Source of the DNA: Thermodesulfovibrionales bacterium
Lineage (GTDB): Bacteria > Nitrospirota > Thermodesulfovibrionia > Thermodesulfovibrionales > SM23-35
Length of the DNA stretch: 64,000 bases
Direction: 5' to 3'
Assembly: GCA_963715195.1 (NCBI GenBank)
Contig: CAVQRT010000002.1
Location: forward strand, 288,001-352,000
Part shown: positions 1-11,656 of the stretch, one piece after another
Position numbering within the stretch: position 1 is the stretch's first letter
Layout: each line of letters starts with the position of its first letter
The notes under the pieces: generated by a model
Told to the model about the DNA's origin: nothing
Database searches by the model: none
The model's input: the letters and a program-made list of their open reading frames with translations, nothing else
Translations under genes and position numbers: made by a program

Positions 1-218
1 TCTCTTGCAGGCACGGTCAAAGCGCGAAGCGTAACGTTATTTCTGTACAAAATCGACCGCGGTATTTCCAAACATGCCTCAAGACAGACATGTTTGGCAT
101 AGGTGCAACGAACCCCCGATCAAAATATCACGTTCAAACGCAGACCGAGGGAACCTGAAGAAATTCAGGGAAAAGCAAACGGAAATCCGTTATTATATGG
201 GAGAACGCAGAGGGGGAC

Positions 219-1178
219 ATGATCGGAGATCTTAAAAGGATACTTGTTACAGGAGGAGCCGGATTTCTCGGTTCCCATTTGTGTGAGAAACTCCTCGAAA
301 AAGGTCACGAGGTGCTCTGTGCCGATAACTTCTACACAGGCACTAAAAAAAATATTGCCCACCTCCTGACAAATCCCTATTTTGAAGTCATCCGTCATGA
401 CATCTGTTTCCCTCTTTACCTTGAAGTCGATGAAATATACAATCTGGCCTGTCCTGCCTCACCTATCCATTATCAGTTTGATCCTGTTCAGACAACTAAG
501 ACATCTGTTCATGGAAGTATCAACATGCTCGGACTGGCAAAACGCATTAAGGCAAAGATCCTTCTTGCGTCCACCAGTGAGGTTTACGGAGACCCGCAGG
601 TGAGTCCCCAGCCCGAAAGCTACTGGGGGAATGTGAATCCAGTCGGGATCAGGGCCTGTTACGATGAGGGCAAACGGTGTGCCGAGACTCTTTTCTTCGA
701 TTATCATCGCCAGCATCATTTAAGGATCAAGGTAGCAAGAATATTTAATACCTATGGCCCGAGGATGCATCCGAACGACGGCCGGGTTGTGAGCAATTTT
801 ATCGTACAGGCTCTCAGGGGAAAAGACATCACCATCTATGGAGATGGGAACCAAACGAGGAGTTTCTGTTATGTGAACGACATGATAGAGGGACTGATTA
901 AACTGATGAATAGTCCTGATGATTTTACCGGGCCGGTCAATCTCGGCAACCAGTCTGAATTTTCAATTCTCGAACTTGCAAAAATCATCATTCGACTGAC
1001 AGATTCTCTATCGAAGATTGTTTTTCAACCACTGCCACCCGACGACCCAAAGCAACGGCGGCCTGATATCACCCTGGCGAAAGAGCGGCTGGATTGGCAC
1101 CCTTACACTCCTCTGGAAAACGGACTTGTGAAGACCATAGCCTACTTCAGGGGAGTCATTGCGGGGGATGTGCAATGA
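219..1178 (+). CDS. UDP-glucuronic acid decarboxylase (UDP-xylose synthase-like SDR)
   Basis: [11 protein letters not shown] motif, [13 protein letters not shown] (YxxxK), [20 protein letters not shown]. Confidence 0.92.
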   Translation: MIGDLKRILVTGGAGFLGSHLCEKLLEKGHEVLCADNFYTGTKKNIAHLLTNPYFEVIRHDICFPLYLEVDEIYNLACPASPIHYQFDPVQTTKTSVHGSINMLGLAKRIKAKILLASTSEVYGDPQVSPQPESYWGNVNPVGIRACYDEGKRCAETLFFDYHRQHHLRIKVARIFNTYGPRMHPNDGRVVSNFIVQALRGKDITIYGDGNQTRSFCYVNDMIEGLIKLMNSPDDFTGPVNLGNQSEFSILELAKIIIRLTDSLSKIVFQPLPPDDPKQRRPDITLAKERLDWHPYTPLENGLVKTIAYFRGVIAGDVQ

Positions 1179-2170
1179 TCCTCGTTGTTGGCGGTGCGGG
1201 ATACATTGGTTCTCACGTTACCAAGCTTCTGAACAAGCGGGGGTTTAGAACCGTTGTGTTCGATAATCTGGTTCGCGGCCACAAGGAGTTAGTGAGATGG
1301 GGCGAATTTGTTTTTGGCGATCTGGCCGACCGCGATCAGATCAGGATTTGCTTTGAGAAATATCCGGTTGAGGTTGTAATGCATTTCAGCGCCTTCGCAT
1401 ATATAGGCGAATCGGTTATCCATCCCGCCAGGTATTACCTGAATAATGTCGCGTATACCCTGAATCTCCTGGAGGTGATGAAAGAATTTCACGTGAGGCA
1501 TTTTATTTTCTCCTCGACCTGTGCAGTCTATGGCATCCCTGGTGAAATGCCGATTGTCGAGGACCACCCTAAAAATCCTGTCAATCCTTATGGCAGAAGC
1601 AAACTGATGATAGAAGACATCCTCAAAGATTACGATCGGGCGTATGGGATCAAGCATGTCAATTTGCGGTATTTTAATGCAGCAGGCGCTGATCCTGAAT
1701 GTGAAATCGGTGAGTGGCATGAACCGGAAACGCATCTGATCCCGCTGGCGATATACGCTGCACTGGGGATCAATAATCATGTGCAGGTCTTCGGAACCGA
1801 TTATCCGACAAAGGATGGCACCTGTATACGGGATTATATCCATGTTCTGGACCTGGCAGATGCCCACATTCAGGCAATCGGGTATCTCAAGTCGAACGAT
1901 GAAAGTGATTGCTTTAACTTGGGCAACGGTACGGGCCATTCAGTAAAAGAGGTGCTTGACACGGTAAAAATCGTAAGCAAGAGAGATTTCAAGATTATTG
2001 AGTCGGATAGACGCCCGGGAGACCCGCCTGTTCTTGTCAGCAGCTATCAGAAGGCAGCAGATATGTTAGGATGGAAACCACACTATGCAGATATTGATTC
2101 GATTATAGAGACTGCATTCCGGTGGCATTCAAAAAAATCTGTAGACAACTCATCTGTTCTTGCCGGATAA
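1175..2170 (+). CDS. galE: UDP-glucose 4-epimerase
   Basis: [42 protein letters not shown]; start ATG at 1175 overlaps the upstream stop (ATGA). Confidence 0.93.
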   Translation: MILVVGGAGYIGSHVTKLLNKRGFRTVVFDNLVRGHKELVRWGEFVFGDLADRDQIRICFEKYPVEVVMHFSAFAYIGESVIHPARYYLNNVAYTLNLLEVMKEFHVRHFIFSSTCAVYGIPGEMPIVEDHPKNPVNPYGRSKLMIEDILKDYDRAYGIKHVNLRYFNAAGADPECEIGEWHEPETHLIPLAIYAALGINNHVQVFGTDYPTKDGTCIRDYIHVLDLADAHIQAIGYLKSNDESDCFNLGNGTGHSVKEVLDTVKIVSKRDFKIIESDRRPGDPPVLVSSYQKAADMLGWKPHYADIDSIIETAFRWHSKKSVDNSSVLAG

Positions 2171-2908
2171 ATCCCAGATCTGCACATATTTCCAAAATAT
2201 TGCATATGTTGCCCCAACCGCTACAATGAAACCACGGAATCCGTCGAGGAATCCTTTTTTGACAAAATATGTCTCGATGAACTTCCAGAACGCCTTGAGC
2301 GGAATGATATATGGGGCAACCCTTTTGCCCGAAGAGAACAACTCTCTTGCCGATATACTTGAATACATGTTCTGCTTTGCTAAATATTGTGATAGGGATT
2401 TATAGGTATGGTGAATAATAGGGATCTTGAGCGTGGCAACGTTACTGGTTTTAATAATTACCTTGTCATGGGGGTTAATGCCTCCGAAATACCCCCGATC
2501 TTTTCTGAACAACCTCAGGACATGGTCAGGATACCATCCGCCGTGCTTGAGCCAAACTCCGAGGAAATAATTCTGCCGCGTAAAACGATACCCGTCATAC
2601 GCTGGATTTTGAACCTCTTGGAGAATAAAGAGCCGTACTTTCTCTGTTGCCCGTTCATCCGCATCGATGCTGAATATCCAGGTATGTGAAGCCTTTTCAA
2701 CGGCATATTGCTTCTGTTCCTTCATGCCGATCCATGGATTGAAGAAAACCATATCGGTAAATTCCCTGCAAATCTCAACCGTGCGATCAGTGCTTCCGGA
2801 ATCAACAACAATTATCTCATCTGCCCATTGCACACTCTCGAGACAAGCGCGGATATTCTCTTCTTCATTATGGGTAATGATCGTAACCGATATTTTGCTG
2901 CGCTCCAA
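2150..2908 (-). CDS. GT2 glycosyltransferase, LPS core beta-glucosyltransferase (WaaE/KdtX-like)
   Basis: IITHNEE, VDSGSTD, IDADE, GGWYPDHVLRLF; GGAGG RBS before TTG. Confidence 0.88.
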   Translation of the reverse strand: MERSKISVTIITHNEEENIRACLESVQWADEIIVVDSGSTDRTVEICREFTDMVFFNPWIGMKEQKQYAVEKASHTWIFSIDADERATEKVRLFILQEVQNPAYDGYRFTRQNYFLGVWLKHGGWYPDHVLRLFRKDRGYFGGINPHDKVIIKTSNVATLKIPIIHHTYKSLSQYLAKQNMYSSISARELFSSGKRVAPYIIPLKAFWKFIETYFVKKGFLDGFRGFIVAVGATYAIFWKYVQIWDLSGKNR

Positions 2909-2946
2909 CAGTAACCTCCGATCACTGTGCTTTCATCAAAAACATC

Positions 2947-4656
2947 TTATGAAAATACCTGATAGAGTTCCCGGTATATAACATTCCGGGCAATGAGTTC
3001 TTCGTGAGTGCCTATATCCATGATCCTTCCTTTCTCGATTATGAGGATCCTGTCGGCATGCTCTATCGTCGAAAGCCTGTGTGCAATGACAATGGTTGTT
3101 CTGCCTTTCATCAGGGTATCAAGCGCCTTCTGAACGAGCGCTTCAGAGACGGAATCGAGGGATGACGTCGCCTCATCAAGAATCATGATGGGAGGATTCT
3201 TCAGGATAGCCCTTGCTATGGCTATCCTCTGGCGCTGACCGCCTGACAGCTTCAGCCCTCTGTCTCCTATGACCGTGTCATATTGTTCAGGCAATTGCCG
3301 GATAAATTCATCGGCATATGCCAGCTTTGCCGCCTGAACGATTTCCTCCCTGGAAGCATCCGGGTTGCCGAAGGCGATATTTTCTCTGACGGTATCATGA
3401 AACAGAATGATATCCTGACTCACGATACCTACCTGCTTCCTCAGGGATCGTATTTCGATCTCATTGATATTAATCCCGTCAATGGTCAAAATACCGCTCG
3501 AAGGCGTATGGAATTTCGGTATCAGATCGGCAAGCGTTGACTTGCCCACTCCGCTGCGTCCGACGATTGCAACAACTTCTCCGGAGCGGATTTCCAGATT
3601 GACATCTGAGAGCACCGGGATGCTGCTTCCGGGAAATGTAAAAGAGACATGCTCGAACCGTATCGATTCGCTAAACCGCTCAATCCTGAGTCGGCCTTTT
3701 TCTTCCTGTTCCGCATTCAGTAATGTGTCGATTCTTTCAAGATGTGCACGGGACTCCTGGAGACCACTGTATGCCTCCCCGATTTTCTTCACCGGTGAGA
3801 ACATCATGTAAATAGCTACGAGCACGGATGCGAAAACCCCGGCAGTGATGGTCCCTTGAATAACCAGGGTTCCTCCGTACCAGAGAACAACAGCGATTCC
3901 GAGACCAGTTATTGCATCTATGACAAGTTTGGTGAACTCTTTGAGGCGGATCACCCGCATGAATTCGCGATAATATCTCTGGTTGTCCTCCTGAAACTTT
4001 TTTTCCATAGCCTTTTCACTGCTGAATATCTTGATTATTCGCGCTCCGAAAACTGTTTCTCCGATTCTCTGTGTAAGAAATGACAGGTTCTTCTGGGTTT
4101 CCTTGCGCTTCTTCTTGATTCCCTTCCCGAATTTTCTTGTGCTGTAAGCGATAAAGGGAAGCAGCATGAGGCTCATAAGCGTCAGGTCCCACCTCCTGTA
4201 AAGCGCTACACCGAGCAGAAAACATATTGTGGGAACTTCGACAACAAATGCCCGGAGGTAATCAGAAACCATTGCATTGAGTATATCCACATCATTCAAT
4301 ACTTTCGATATGATGACGCCTGAGGATTCCTTATTGAAATATCCGACCGGCATACGGAGGATATGATGATAGAGCCTGTTCCGGGTTTCCCGGACTAATT
4401 TCAGGCCCGAAGATCTTAACAGGTATGCCTGAAAGAAACTGAGCAGTCCCTTTGCAGAAAAAAGAAGGAAAATGATAACCGGAAGCCACGCAAGATACTC
4501 ATATTTTTTTCCGACAAGAACTTCATCGAGCGCTGGCTTTACCGCCCATGCTATAGCACCTGTGATGCCGGATACCATAACGCCCAGGATAATGCCGGCG
4601 AATATTCTGGGCCAGTAGGGTTTTGTAAGCTGAATAATTTTATGAACTGTCCTCAT
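2947..4656 (-). CDS. msbA: Lipid A-core flippase ABC transporter (MsbA-like)
   Basis: N-terminal TM domain plus NBD with GRSGVGKS, LSGGQRQR, ILDEATS; LPS gene context. Confidence 0.82.
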   Translation of the reverse strand: MRTVHKIIQLTKPYWPRIFAGIILGVMVSGITGAIAWAVKPALDEVLVGKKYEYLAWLPVIIFLLFSAKGLLSFFQAYLLRSSGLKLVRETRNRLYHHILRMPVGYFNKESSGVIISKVLNDVDILNAMVSDYLRAFVVEVPTICFLLGVALYRRWDLTLMSLMLLPFIAYSTRKFGKGIKKKRKETQKNLSFLTQRIGETVFGARIIKIFSSEKAMEKKFQEDNQRYYREFMRVIRLKEFTKLVIDAITGLGIAVVLWYGGTLVIQGTITAGVFASVLVAIYMMFSPVKKIGEAYSGLQESRAHLERIDTLLNAEQEEKGRLRIERFSESIRFEHVSFTFPGSSIPVLSDVNLEIRSGEVVAIVGRSGVGKSTLADLIPKFHTPSSGILTIDGININEIEIRSLRKQVGIVSQDIILFHDTVRENIAFGNPDASREEIVQAAKLAYADEFIRQLPEQYDTVIGDRGLKLSGGQRQRIAIARAILKNPPIMILDEATSSLDSVSEALVQKALDTLMKGRTTIVIAHRLSTIEHADRILIIEKGRIMDIGTHEELIARNVIYRELYQVFS

Positions 4657-4718
4657 GATCGCTCATAGTATATACAATTGAATTGCATGAACAAAATGGA
4701 AGGGTTCATTAATATCTT

Positions 4719-5537
4719 TTAGTAGAGGCCCTTAACAAGGGTTGCTGTGATGGAACCGATCGCCACCTTCGTCTGCATCTTTACCGGGATATGTTTCTCA
4801 TCATCGGTAAGCCATACGAATATTTCACCCTTACGGTAGAATATCCCCTCCGACTTCATCAAAGGTTTAACGAGTACGGTATTAACCGCACCCGCTGGAA
4901 GGGTTATTTTTTCTTTCCTCAACACCTGCACCTCGACATTCCAGACTTTTTTACTGTCAAAGATCGTGATATAGACCGGTTGCCCAACGGAGAGTTCCAG
5001 TGACCTGAGATAGTAAAAACCTGACAATGGGTCAAAGACCGGTAGGGTAATTTCAATGTGCTTTCTTTCATTCTTGAGGTGATCAATATATATCGCCATA
5101 TTCTTGTCATGATCAAAGAGAATCTCTTTATCCCTCCTGTGTCTCCCCTCCCTGATTTTGAGTTTGTATTGAGATGGCTGCAAATCCATTTCCGGGGACT
5201 TTCTTACCAGCGTGCTTTCTGCCCGATCTTCGACAGTATAAAAAACTGAAACCCATGATGCCGATTGTGCAGTTGAAAGAATTTTCACCTGATCTCCATC
5301 ATTTTTCAACTCAAGGGAGGCTTTACCAGCCTTTATGCCGGTCCATCTCAGGTCATAGATAAATTTTTCAGGCACCGCAGCAGAAGCGGCATACGTGCTC
5401 AGGGGAAAACAGATCTGCAATATAGCGACAAAAGCAATCCCAATAAAAAACGCCCTCCATATCCTGTCATCTGATACCCTTATTGCTTGACCTGCCGATG
5501 AGCTCCCTTGTTTACCTGTGTAAAAGTTCATAAGCAC
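4719..5537 (-). CDS. DUF3108-like exported beta-sheet protein
   Basis: Signal peptide, YDLRWTGIKAG, DPLSGFYYLR, VWLTDD..HIPVK; true start probably downstream of 5537. Confidence 0.72.
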   Translation of the reverse strand: MLMNFYTGKQGSSSAGQAIRVSDDRIWRAFFIGIAFVAILQICFPLSTYAASAAVPEKFIYDLRWTGIKAGKASLELKNDGDQVKILSTAQSASWVSVFYTVEDRAESTLVRKSPEMDLQPSQYKLKIREGRHRRDKEILFDHDKNMAIYIDHLKNERKHIEITLPVFDPLSGFYYLRSLELSVGQPVYITIFDSKKVWNVEVQVLRKEKITLPAGAVNTVLVKPLMKSEGIFYRKGEIFVWLTDDEKHIPVKMQTKVAIGSITATLVKGLY

Positions 5538-5564
5538 TCGTTTTTATTTATGGTATATTAATCA

Positions 5565-6293
5565 ATGCTCGTTATTCCAGCAATAGATTTAAAGGAAGGC
5601 AGTTGTGTGCGGCTCGTTCAGGGGAAAAGAGAGGCCGTTACTGTTTATTCACATGACCCTGCAATGACCGCGAAACGGTGGGAATCCTGCGGAGCAAAAC
5701 TCCTTCACATTGTTGATCTTGACGGCGCCTTTTCAGGGAACCAGAAAAATATGGGTGCCATCCTGAAGATCAGGAAATCGGTCAAAATGGCGCTTCAGCT
5801 TGGCGGGGGGATACGGAATATCGGGAATCTGATAAATCTTTTCTCAGCGGGTATTGACCGGCTCATTGTGGGGACAGCGGCCATAGAAGATCCCGAATTT
5901 CTCGTGCAGGCATGCAAACAATATCCGGGCCGGGTTCTGGCCGGCATCGACGCCAACGATGGGATGGTTGCAATTAAGGGGTGGGAAGAAGTCACCTCAA
6001 TTCATGCATACGATTTGGCAAAGCGCCTGGAGATGGTCGGCATAGCAGGTATTATTTATACCGATATCAAACGGGACGGGATGCTCTCCGGCCCTAACAT
6101 AGAAGCAGTCCGTGAAATGGTGAACCACGTCATGATTCCTGTTATTGCTTCCGGTGGCATTGCGAGCATGGAAGATGTCAGGAACCTGGCACAGATCAAA
6201 AAACTCTGGGGGATGATAACGGGAAAAGCAATCTACTCAGGTGCTCTCAATCTCAAGGAAGCCATTCAATTTGTGAACATTCAAGCATGTTAG
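5565..6293 (+). CDS. hisA: ProFAR isomerase
   Basis: [43 protein letters not shown]. Confidence 0.96.
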   Translation: MLVIPAIDLKEGSCVRLVQGKREAVTVYSHDPAMTAKRWESCGAKLLHIVDLDGAFSGNQKNMGAILKIRKSVKMALQLGGGIRNIGNLINLFSAGIDRLIVGTAAIEDPEFLVQACKQYPGRVLAGIDANDGMVAIKGWEEVTSIHAYDLAKRLEMVGIAGIIYTDIKRDGMLSGPNIEAVREMVNHVMIPVIASGGIASMEDVRNLAQIKKLWGMITGKAIYSGALNLKEAIQFVNIQAC

Positions 6294-7201
6294 CAAAACG
6301 AATCGTACCTTGTCTGGATGTTAAAGACGGACGGGTAGTAAAGGGTGTCAGTTTTTTAAACCTGCGCGATGCCGGGGACCCCGTCGAGAATGCGAAATTT
6401 TACGATGAACAGGGGGCGGATGAGCTTGTTTTCCTCGATATAACTGCCTCCCATGAAAAGAGAAAAATCATACTTGACGTGGTTATGAAAACCGCGGAGG
6501 ATGTTTTCATGCCGCTTACGGTAGGCGGAGGCATTAAGAACCTCCATGATATCAGGGACCTTCTGAATGCCGGATGCGACAAAGTATCCATCAACACAAC
6601 TGCGGTGAAAGACCCTTATTTCATCAGCAAGGCAGCGGAGCGCTTCGGCAGTCAGTGCATCGTCATCGCCATCGATGCAAAGAAAGTAAACACAGATATG
6701 TCGAAGGCAACCGGAGAACCGTGGTTTAATGAGCCATATTTAAAAAATGTTTGTCTTCAACCTGGGGATATAGCCCTCCCTATCCACCTTTCACCAAAAA
6801 GGAATGACTCAAAAAAATTCCCCCCTTTTTTAAAGGAGGGCAAGGTGGGATTAAGATGGGCAATATCGACTCACGGGGGAAGACAGATGAAACGCATCGA
6901 TGCCGTTCAATGGGCAAAGAAAATGGAGGAACTTGGGGCAGGCGAGATCATGCTCACCAGTATGGATATGGACGGCTCAAAAGATGGCTATGATATTGAA
7001 CTGACCCGTGCAATATCAGAAGCTGTAAGCATCCCGGTAATCGCTTCAGGTGGTGCCGGAACCCTCGCTCATCTGTACGAGGCTTTCGCTCATGGCAAGG
7101 CGGATGCTGCCCTGGCAGCATCAATATTCCATTACAGGGAATACACCATAAGAGAAGCAAAGGAATATCTGAAGGCCAGAGGAATACCCGTCAGGCTATA
7201 G
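6287..7201 (+). CDS. hisF: Imidazole glycerol phosphate synthase cyclase subunit, with ~50-aa internal insertion
   Basis: [40 protein letters not shown]; long insertion after AIDAKK. Confidence 0.95.
   Translation: MLAKRIVPCLDVKDGRVVKGVSFLNLRDAGDPVENAKFYDEQGADELVFLDITASHEKRKIILDVVMKTAEDVFMPLTVGGGIKNLHDIRDLLNAGCDKVSINTTAVKDPYFISKAAERFGSQCIVIAIDAKKVNTDMSKATGEPWFNEPYLKNVCLQPGDIALPIHLSPKRNDSKKFPPFLKEGKVGLRWAISTHGGRQMKRIDAVQWAKKMEELGAGEIMLTSMDMDGSKDGYDIELTRAISEAVSIPVIASGGAGTLAHLYEAFAHGKADAALAASIFHYREYTIREAKEYLKARGIPVRL
6771..6852. repeat. Degenerate palindromic repeat embedded in-frame in hisF
   Basis: TTCCCCCCTTTTTTAAAGGAGGGCAAGGTGGGATT (encodes [12 protein letters not shown]) plus a degenerate left arm CCCTCCCTATCCACCTT. 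Confidence 0.6.
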
Positions 7202-8237
7202 CCTGAACGCTTGTTTTATTCTTTTCTATCCTTATCGCATCAATCATCTCATCACTTGCAGGGAACGCGTTGATGATAAATGTTTTGCGGTTTCGGACAC
7301 CTTTGACCAAAACTTTATCGAGATGCTGCACATCTGAATATCGTGCGCAGATGCCGGCAGCAAGCCTCAGAGACTCATCGGTAATCTCACCCGTGACAAG
7401 TGTCGTCGGGCTTCCATAACACTCTACCCGCAGCAGACAGTCATTTTCCTGAGCCAGGGACTCAATGATTTCGTTTTCAGATTTGTTCCTGCCGACAATA
7501 ATCTTACACCGGGGTAAAAATCTGAATTGCCTCCCAGTTTTCAAGAGATCAATATCCCTCATTCCAGGATTAGGGTCATGAACTAATAAGTCTTTGAGCC
7601 TCAGAGCGAAATTCGGTTCAGTCAGGAGACAGCCCCCCGCAGGGGCAGGATACTCGTTCAGGCCGAATTCCCGGGCAAGAGCCATCTGCGCTTTTCTCGA
7701 CCTGCCGCTGAAGGCATAGAGCACCTCCCTGTCAACGATTCCGTTTTGTTCAGGAATTGTCATTCTGAGCAGCTTCGCACTGAGAGGCCTGAGAACAATA
7801 TCTGTAACGCCGGCCTCTTTGTCAATATGATAGAGCATATCTCTTCTCTGACTCATCGGTCTCTGCCCGAGCACCTCACCGGTCACCAGAAAATCTGCAT
7901 CAATCATATCCATGAACTGTTTAGCCTCTTTCAGCATGAGGATTCTGCAGTCGATGCAGGGGTTCATATTTTTTCCGTGGCCATGCTTCGGGGTTTTTAC
8001 AATATCGAGCATTTTATGCCTGATAGAGCGAACTGTAATATCAAAGCCCCATTTTTGTCCCAATGTTTCATACTGTGCGGCAATGGACAGACGATCAGCA
8101 TTGTCTGTGTCAAATGGGGTCGAGAACCGTATTGCACTCACTCGTATCCCCTGCCTGAGCATGGTAAGTACCGCCAGCAGACTGTCAAGACCGCCTGATA
8201 GAAGCACTACAGCTTTATGTGACGCAGATTTTGTCAT
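7191..8237 (-). CDS. PP-loop tRNA thiolation enzyme (ThiI/MnmA-like) with C-terminal DUF814/NFACT-R-like domain
   Basis: [41 protein letters not shown]. Confidence 0.8.
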   Translation of the reverse strand: MTKSASHKAVVLLSGGLDSLLAVLTMLRQGIRVSAIRFSTPFDTDNADRLSIAAQYETLGQKWGFDITVRSIRHKMLDIVKTPKHGHGKNMNPCIDCRILMLKEAKQFMDMIDADFLVTGEVLGQRPMSQRRDMLYHIDKEAGVTDIVLRPLSAKLLRMTIPEQNGIVDREVLYAFSGRSRKAQMALAREFGLNEYPAPAGGCLLTEPNFALRLKDLLVHDPNPGMRDIDLLKTGRQFRFLPRCKIIVGRNKSENEIIESLAQENDCLLRVECYGSPTTLVTGEITDESLRLAAGICARYSDVQHLDKVLVKGVRNRKTFIINAFPASDEMIDAIRIEKNKTSVQAIA

Positions 8238-8305
8238 AGGAGATTTGTAATGAAAACTTTTTTTCTTCCGAAAAAAAGTTCAAAAAAACGTTTTTATGAA
8301 TAAAA

Positions 8306-8401
8306 TGTCATTCCGGCTTGGCCGGAATCTTTCTTCTTTGTCTGGCCATATATCCTATTATTCAGAAGGATTCCCGACGCACTTCGCTTGCGGGAATGAC
8401 A
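8306..8401. repeat. REP/MITE-like palindromic element, copy 1
   Basis: TGTCATTCCGGCTTGGCCGGAATC...GGATTCCCG..CGGGAATGACA; terminal inverted repeat TGTCATTCC/GGAATGACA. Confidence 0.8.
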
Positions 8402-8429
8402 ATCATTTCAACAGAAACAGCATCCATAG

Positions 8430-9428
8430 TCAGGGTTTGTGGGATGCCGTAATTCTTACTGCACGATTTTTACTCAATGACTTACGCAGTTGCTCAGGTA
8501 TCACTATAGCCGTTCCGACTTCACCAACGACGATCCCCGCAGCGTGATTCGCAATAACAGCAGCCTCCTCCATTTTTGCACCTGCTGCGCGGGCAAGAGT
8601 GAATGCAGCGATAACCGTGTCACCCGCTCCGGTGACATCATAGACATTTTTTGCTGCTGTGGGGATATGCACAACCGTGTCTTTACGGAACAAACTCATG
8701 CCCTGCTCTCCCCGCGTAATGAGTACCGCATCGCACGACAACTTCCTTAAAAGCAACCGCCCTGCTTCCAGGAGAGATTTCTCATCTTTTATGTCAATTC
8801 CTGATGCTATGGATGCCTCATGGACATTTGGGGTAATAAGGGAAACGTGCCGATAGCAATGGAAGTGGCCAACCTTCGGATCAACGGAAAGAAATATCTT
8901 CTTCGGTCTTGTCTTTTTCAGAATTGCTTTCACCAGTTCGCAGGATATAACTCCTTTTTTATAGTCGGATAAGACGATGGCGTCGTGCCCGGACAGCACA
9001 TCTTCCACATATTCGAGAATTCTCCCGAGCATTCTCCCGTCCACCCTGGTCTTGTCCTCGCGGTCAAACCGCACTACTTGTTGATTATGGGCGATAACCC
9101 GCGTCTTTACGGTTGTTGCCCTTGATCCCCAGAAAATACCATCGCAATGAATACCCTTCTCCTCCATCATCGTTTTCATGATGTCGCCACCTCTGTCTTT
9201 TCCGGTAATACCGACAATTGTGGCGTGTCCTCCAAGCGAGACAATATTGTGTGCGACATTTGCAGCGCCTCCGAGGAGAAAGTTTTCATGCGAGACCTCA
9301 ACAACAGGCACAGGGGCTTCTGGCGATATTCTATTCACCTTGCCCCATATATACCGGTCGAGAATCAGGTCTCCGATAACAAGAACCTTCCTTTTCTTGA
9401 ATACCTGAAGGATCTTACTGTATGTCAT
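8430..9428 (-). CDS. rfaE1: D-glycero-D-manno-heptose-7-phosphate kinase (stand-alone PfkB-family domain)
   Basis: GDLILD, RISPEAPVPVV, GGAANVA, DVTGAGDT. Confidence 0.92.
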   Translation of the reverse strand: MTYSKILQVFKKRKVLVIGDLILDRYIWGKVNRISPEAPVPVVEVSHENFLLGGAANVAHNIVSLGGHATIVGITGKDRGGDIMKTMMEEKGIHCDGIFWGSRATTVKTRVIAHNQQVVRFDREDKTRVDGRMLGRILEYVEDVLSGHDAIVLSDYKKGVISCELVKAILKKTRPKKIFLSVDPKVGHFHCYRHVSLITPNVHEASIASGIDIKDEKSLLEAGRLLLRKLSCDAVLITRGEQGMSLFRKDTVVHIPTAAKNVYDVTGAGDTVIAAFTLARAAGAKMEEAAVIANHAAGIVVGEVGTAIVIPEQLRKSLSKNRAVRITASHKP

Positions 9429-9467
9429 GACTCAGTTGTCAATTAGAATCTCTATAGAATTATATTG

Positions 9468-9544
9468 TGTCGTTGTCCGGATTGACCGGACAATCCAGAA
9501 AATATTCAAAACACTGGATTCTCCGATCAAGTCGGGGAATGATA
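9468..9544. repeat. REP/MITE-like palindromic element, copy 2 (divergent)
   Basis: TGTCGTTGTCCGGATTGACCGGACAATCCAG...CTGGATTCTCCGATCAAGTCGGGGAATGATA. Confidence 0.72.
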
Positions 9545-9614
9545 GCTTTTAAAAGATTTAGTCAATAAACGAACACCAAATAAAGTTTATCAAAAAGAAG
9601 CTCTCGATAACAAT

Positions 9615-9643
9615 AAAAAGGGCGGTTCTATCGAACCGCCCTC
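9615..9643 (-). terminator. Rho-independent terminator after the porin-like gene
   Basis: Minus strand AGGGCGGTTC-GATA-GAACCGCCCT followed by TTTT. Confidence 0.82.
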
Positions 9644-9669
9644 AAGGTTATTTTTTTCAGATATTTTTC

Positions 9670-11129
9670 TTAGAATGTGAGCGCGAGACCGTGGACAATC
9701 TGGGCAACTCCCTTATCCTCGCCGCCCAGAAGTACGTTGGTGTCCTTATAAAAATCGCCTGCGTCAAACCAGCCTGCTTCAACAAAGTACGACAGGTTCT
9801 TCGTAATTGTGTAATTGAGCTTCGCATCAACTTCCCATCCGAGGCTGATCGTCCACGCTCTGTCTGTCTCCTGTTTCATCTTCGATTACTCGTTCCCAGC
9901 CCTTCGTCTCTGAAGCATACAGAAGGAATCCGTCGAGAGAGAGGCTCAGGTCTTTCATCGGGGTCACATCCACGCCTAAGTTATAATATGTGGTGTTTGC
10001 GATACCAGTATTCGTGGTGTTGCCACCAGGTGTTGTAGTAAGTTTCGCAAGCAAGGACGCTGTTCTGACCGTCCGCTCATAAATCTGCGTATAGTGGACG
10101 AGCCGTGCAGTTGCACCGTAGTCAGGCCCCTGCTGGGTCTGGAATTCTTCACAATCTTTATCAAAGAGATCATCATCACCGCTGCCATATGCAAAGGATG
10201 CCCTGATGTTTACAGGATCAATCATATAGCCCAGTTTCGCAAATACAGCCCATCCTTTCGGCTTGATGTCACTGTCTTCCAATTCATAGTTCTTAATTTT
10301 TCCGAACTGCATATCACCCTCTGCCGCATAGCTCAGACCGGAAATCATGCCTTTGGCATGGACACCGACATTTTGGAAATTGAGCTCGTCAACGTTGTTC
10401 TGCAAATAAGCAGGCACCGGCTCAAAGTCTTCATCTACTTCACCAGTAGTCAGTGGACGGACAGTTGCCGTCGCTGTGTACCCAAACATAATTAACACCT
10501 ATCATGTTGTCCTTGTCCCACTGGTATGTGGCAAGAGCAACATAACCGTCGAGGTCATCGGTGTGATTTAATACATCGCCCTCATTTAACTTTACGGTAC
10601 CTACAGCGATATGAAGTTCCTTCATCGGATCGGTCCAGAGGAGCAGTGCATCATCGCCGAATCTCTCATTGTTGAGGTATATCTTCTCGCCGAGGCTGAT
10701 AGGCATATGGCCGATCTTTATACCGGCTGGTACACCCATCAGCCCTGTCCCAGCATACTGAATCCATGCCTGCCTGATGAGGATATCTGCATTCGGTTTG
10801 GAATCATAACCACGTGCCTTATCACCCCAGTACCAGAGTCCGCTATTGGCGCTTCCGCCGCTTGCAGTCTCTAATTCAATCATCCCGCGAAGGCTATCGG
10901 AGACTTTTGCATCGACTGTGAGATAAACATTTTCATGCCAGAATGCATGGGAATTTGTATCCGCAGGGACTTCATTCTGTCCAGATAATCCGGATACATC
11001 CTGGACCCACCAGCCTTTAACCAGAATCTTACCGCCCAGTGTAATTTCCGGTTTGTCTTCTGCAAAGGCAGAAAACGCAAAACTTAATACCAGAAATACA
11101 CCTAACAATACTGCCAGATATTTCTTCAC
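9670..11129 (-). CDS. Outer-membrane beta-barrel/porin-like protein (~485 aa) interrupted by two +1 frameshifts (sequence artefact or pseudogene)
   Basis: GTG start with GAAGGAGG RBS, signal peptide (..SAFA), IRQAWIQY, GWEVDAKLNY, C-terminal LALTF; three ORFs join if one base is removed at ~10454-10457 and one at ~9847-9850. Confidence 0.78.
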
Positions 11130-11337
11130 GTGTTAACCCTCCTTCTTTATCTAATGGTTCTATTCCTCTCAATTCCCTGAGCCGCAAACAGCGGCTATAC
11201 TGCTTTCTATATGCTTTTTGTTAACTTCTCTGTATCACCTCCTCCTCATAAAGATTTCAGCCTTCAATGAAGGCCCCCTTTCCTTTACATGCTCTAACGC
11301 AATCTTTCTTATTTCACTTTTCAAAAAAAACTGCGAT

Positions 11338-11367
11338 TTTATATCATGCATCATACAATCTTGTCAA
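11338..11367 (-). promoter_or_regulatory. Putative sigma-70 promoter for the porin-like gene
   Basis: TTGACA-N18-TATAAA with TGn extension on the minus strand. Confidence 0.5.
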
Positions 11368-11656
11368 GAAAAACGACCCATCGCATGAGCGCAATTATCA
11401 CATTTCAGACTCCTGATTGCAAAAATAAGACCAGGAGCAGAAAAGAAGCTCGTGTGCGTGCAATATACTATAGAACTGCTTGAAAACACTATAAAAAAAT
11501 GTGTTGCCAGAGATTCCTACCAATATTCAGAGGGGAAATATATCGTGATGCGTTGAGATGATTTCTGTATCCTTTTTACAACATGCATGTAGTTCTTATG
11601 AGTCAAAAAGAGCTCTGCTTTTTCACTGTGCCTTCAGTATTGTGATAGAATGGTAA

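Noticed and set aside
1..218. Possible riboswitch or ncRNA here and in the spacers near 50050-50450, 54600-54900, 57060-57430 and 58040-58190
   Set aside because: Only short hairpins are present; I cannot support a match to any riboswitch consensus.
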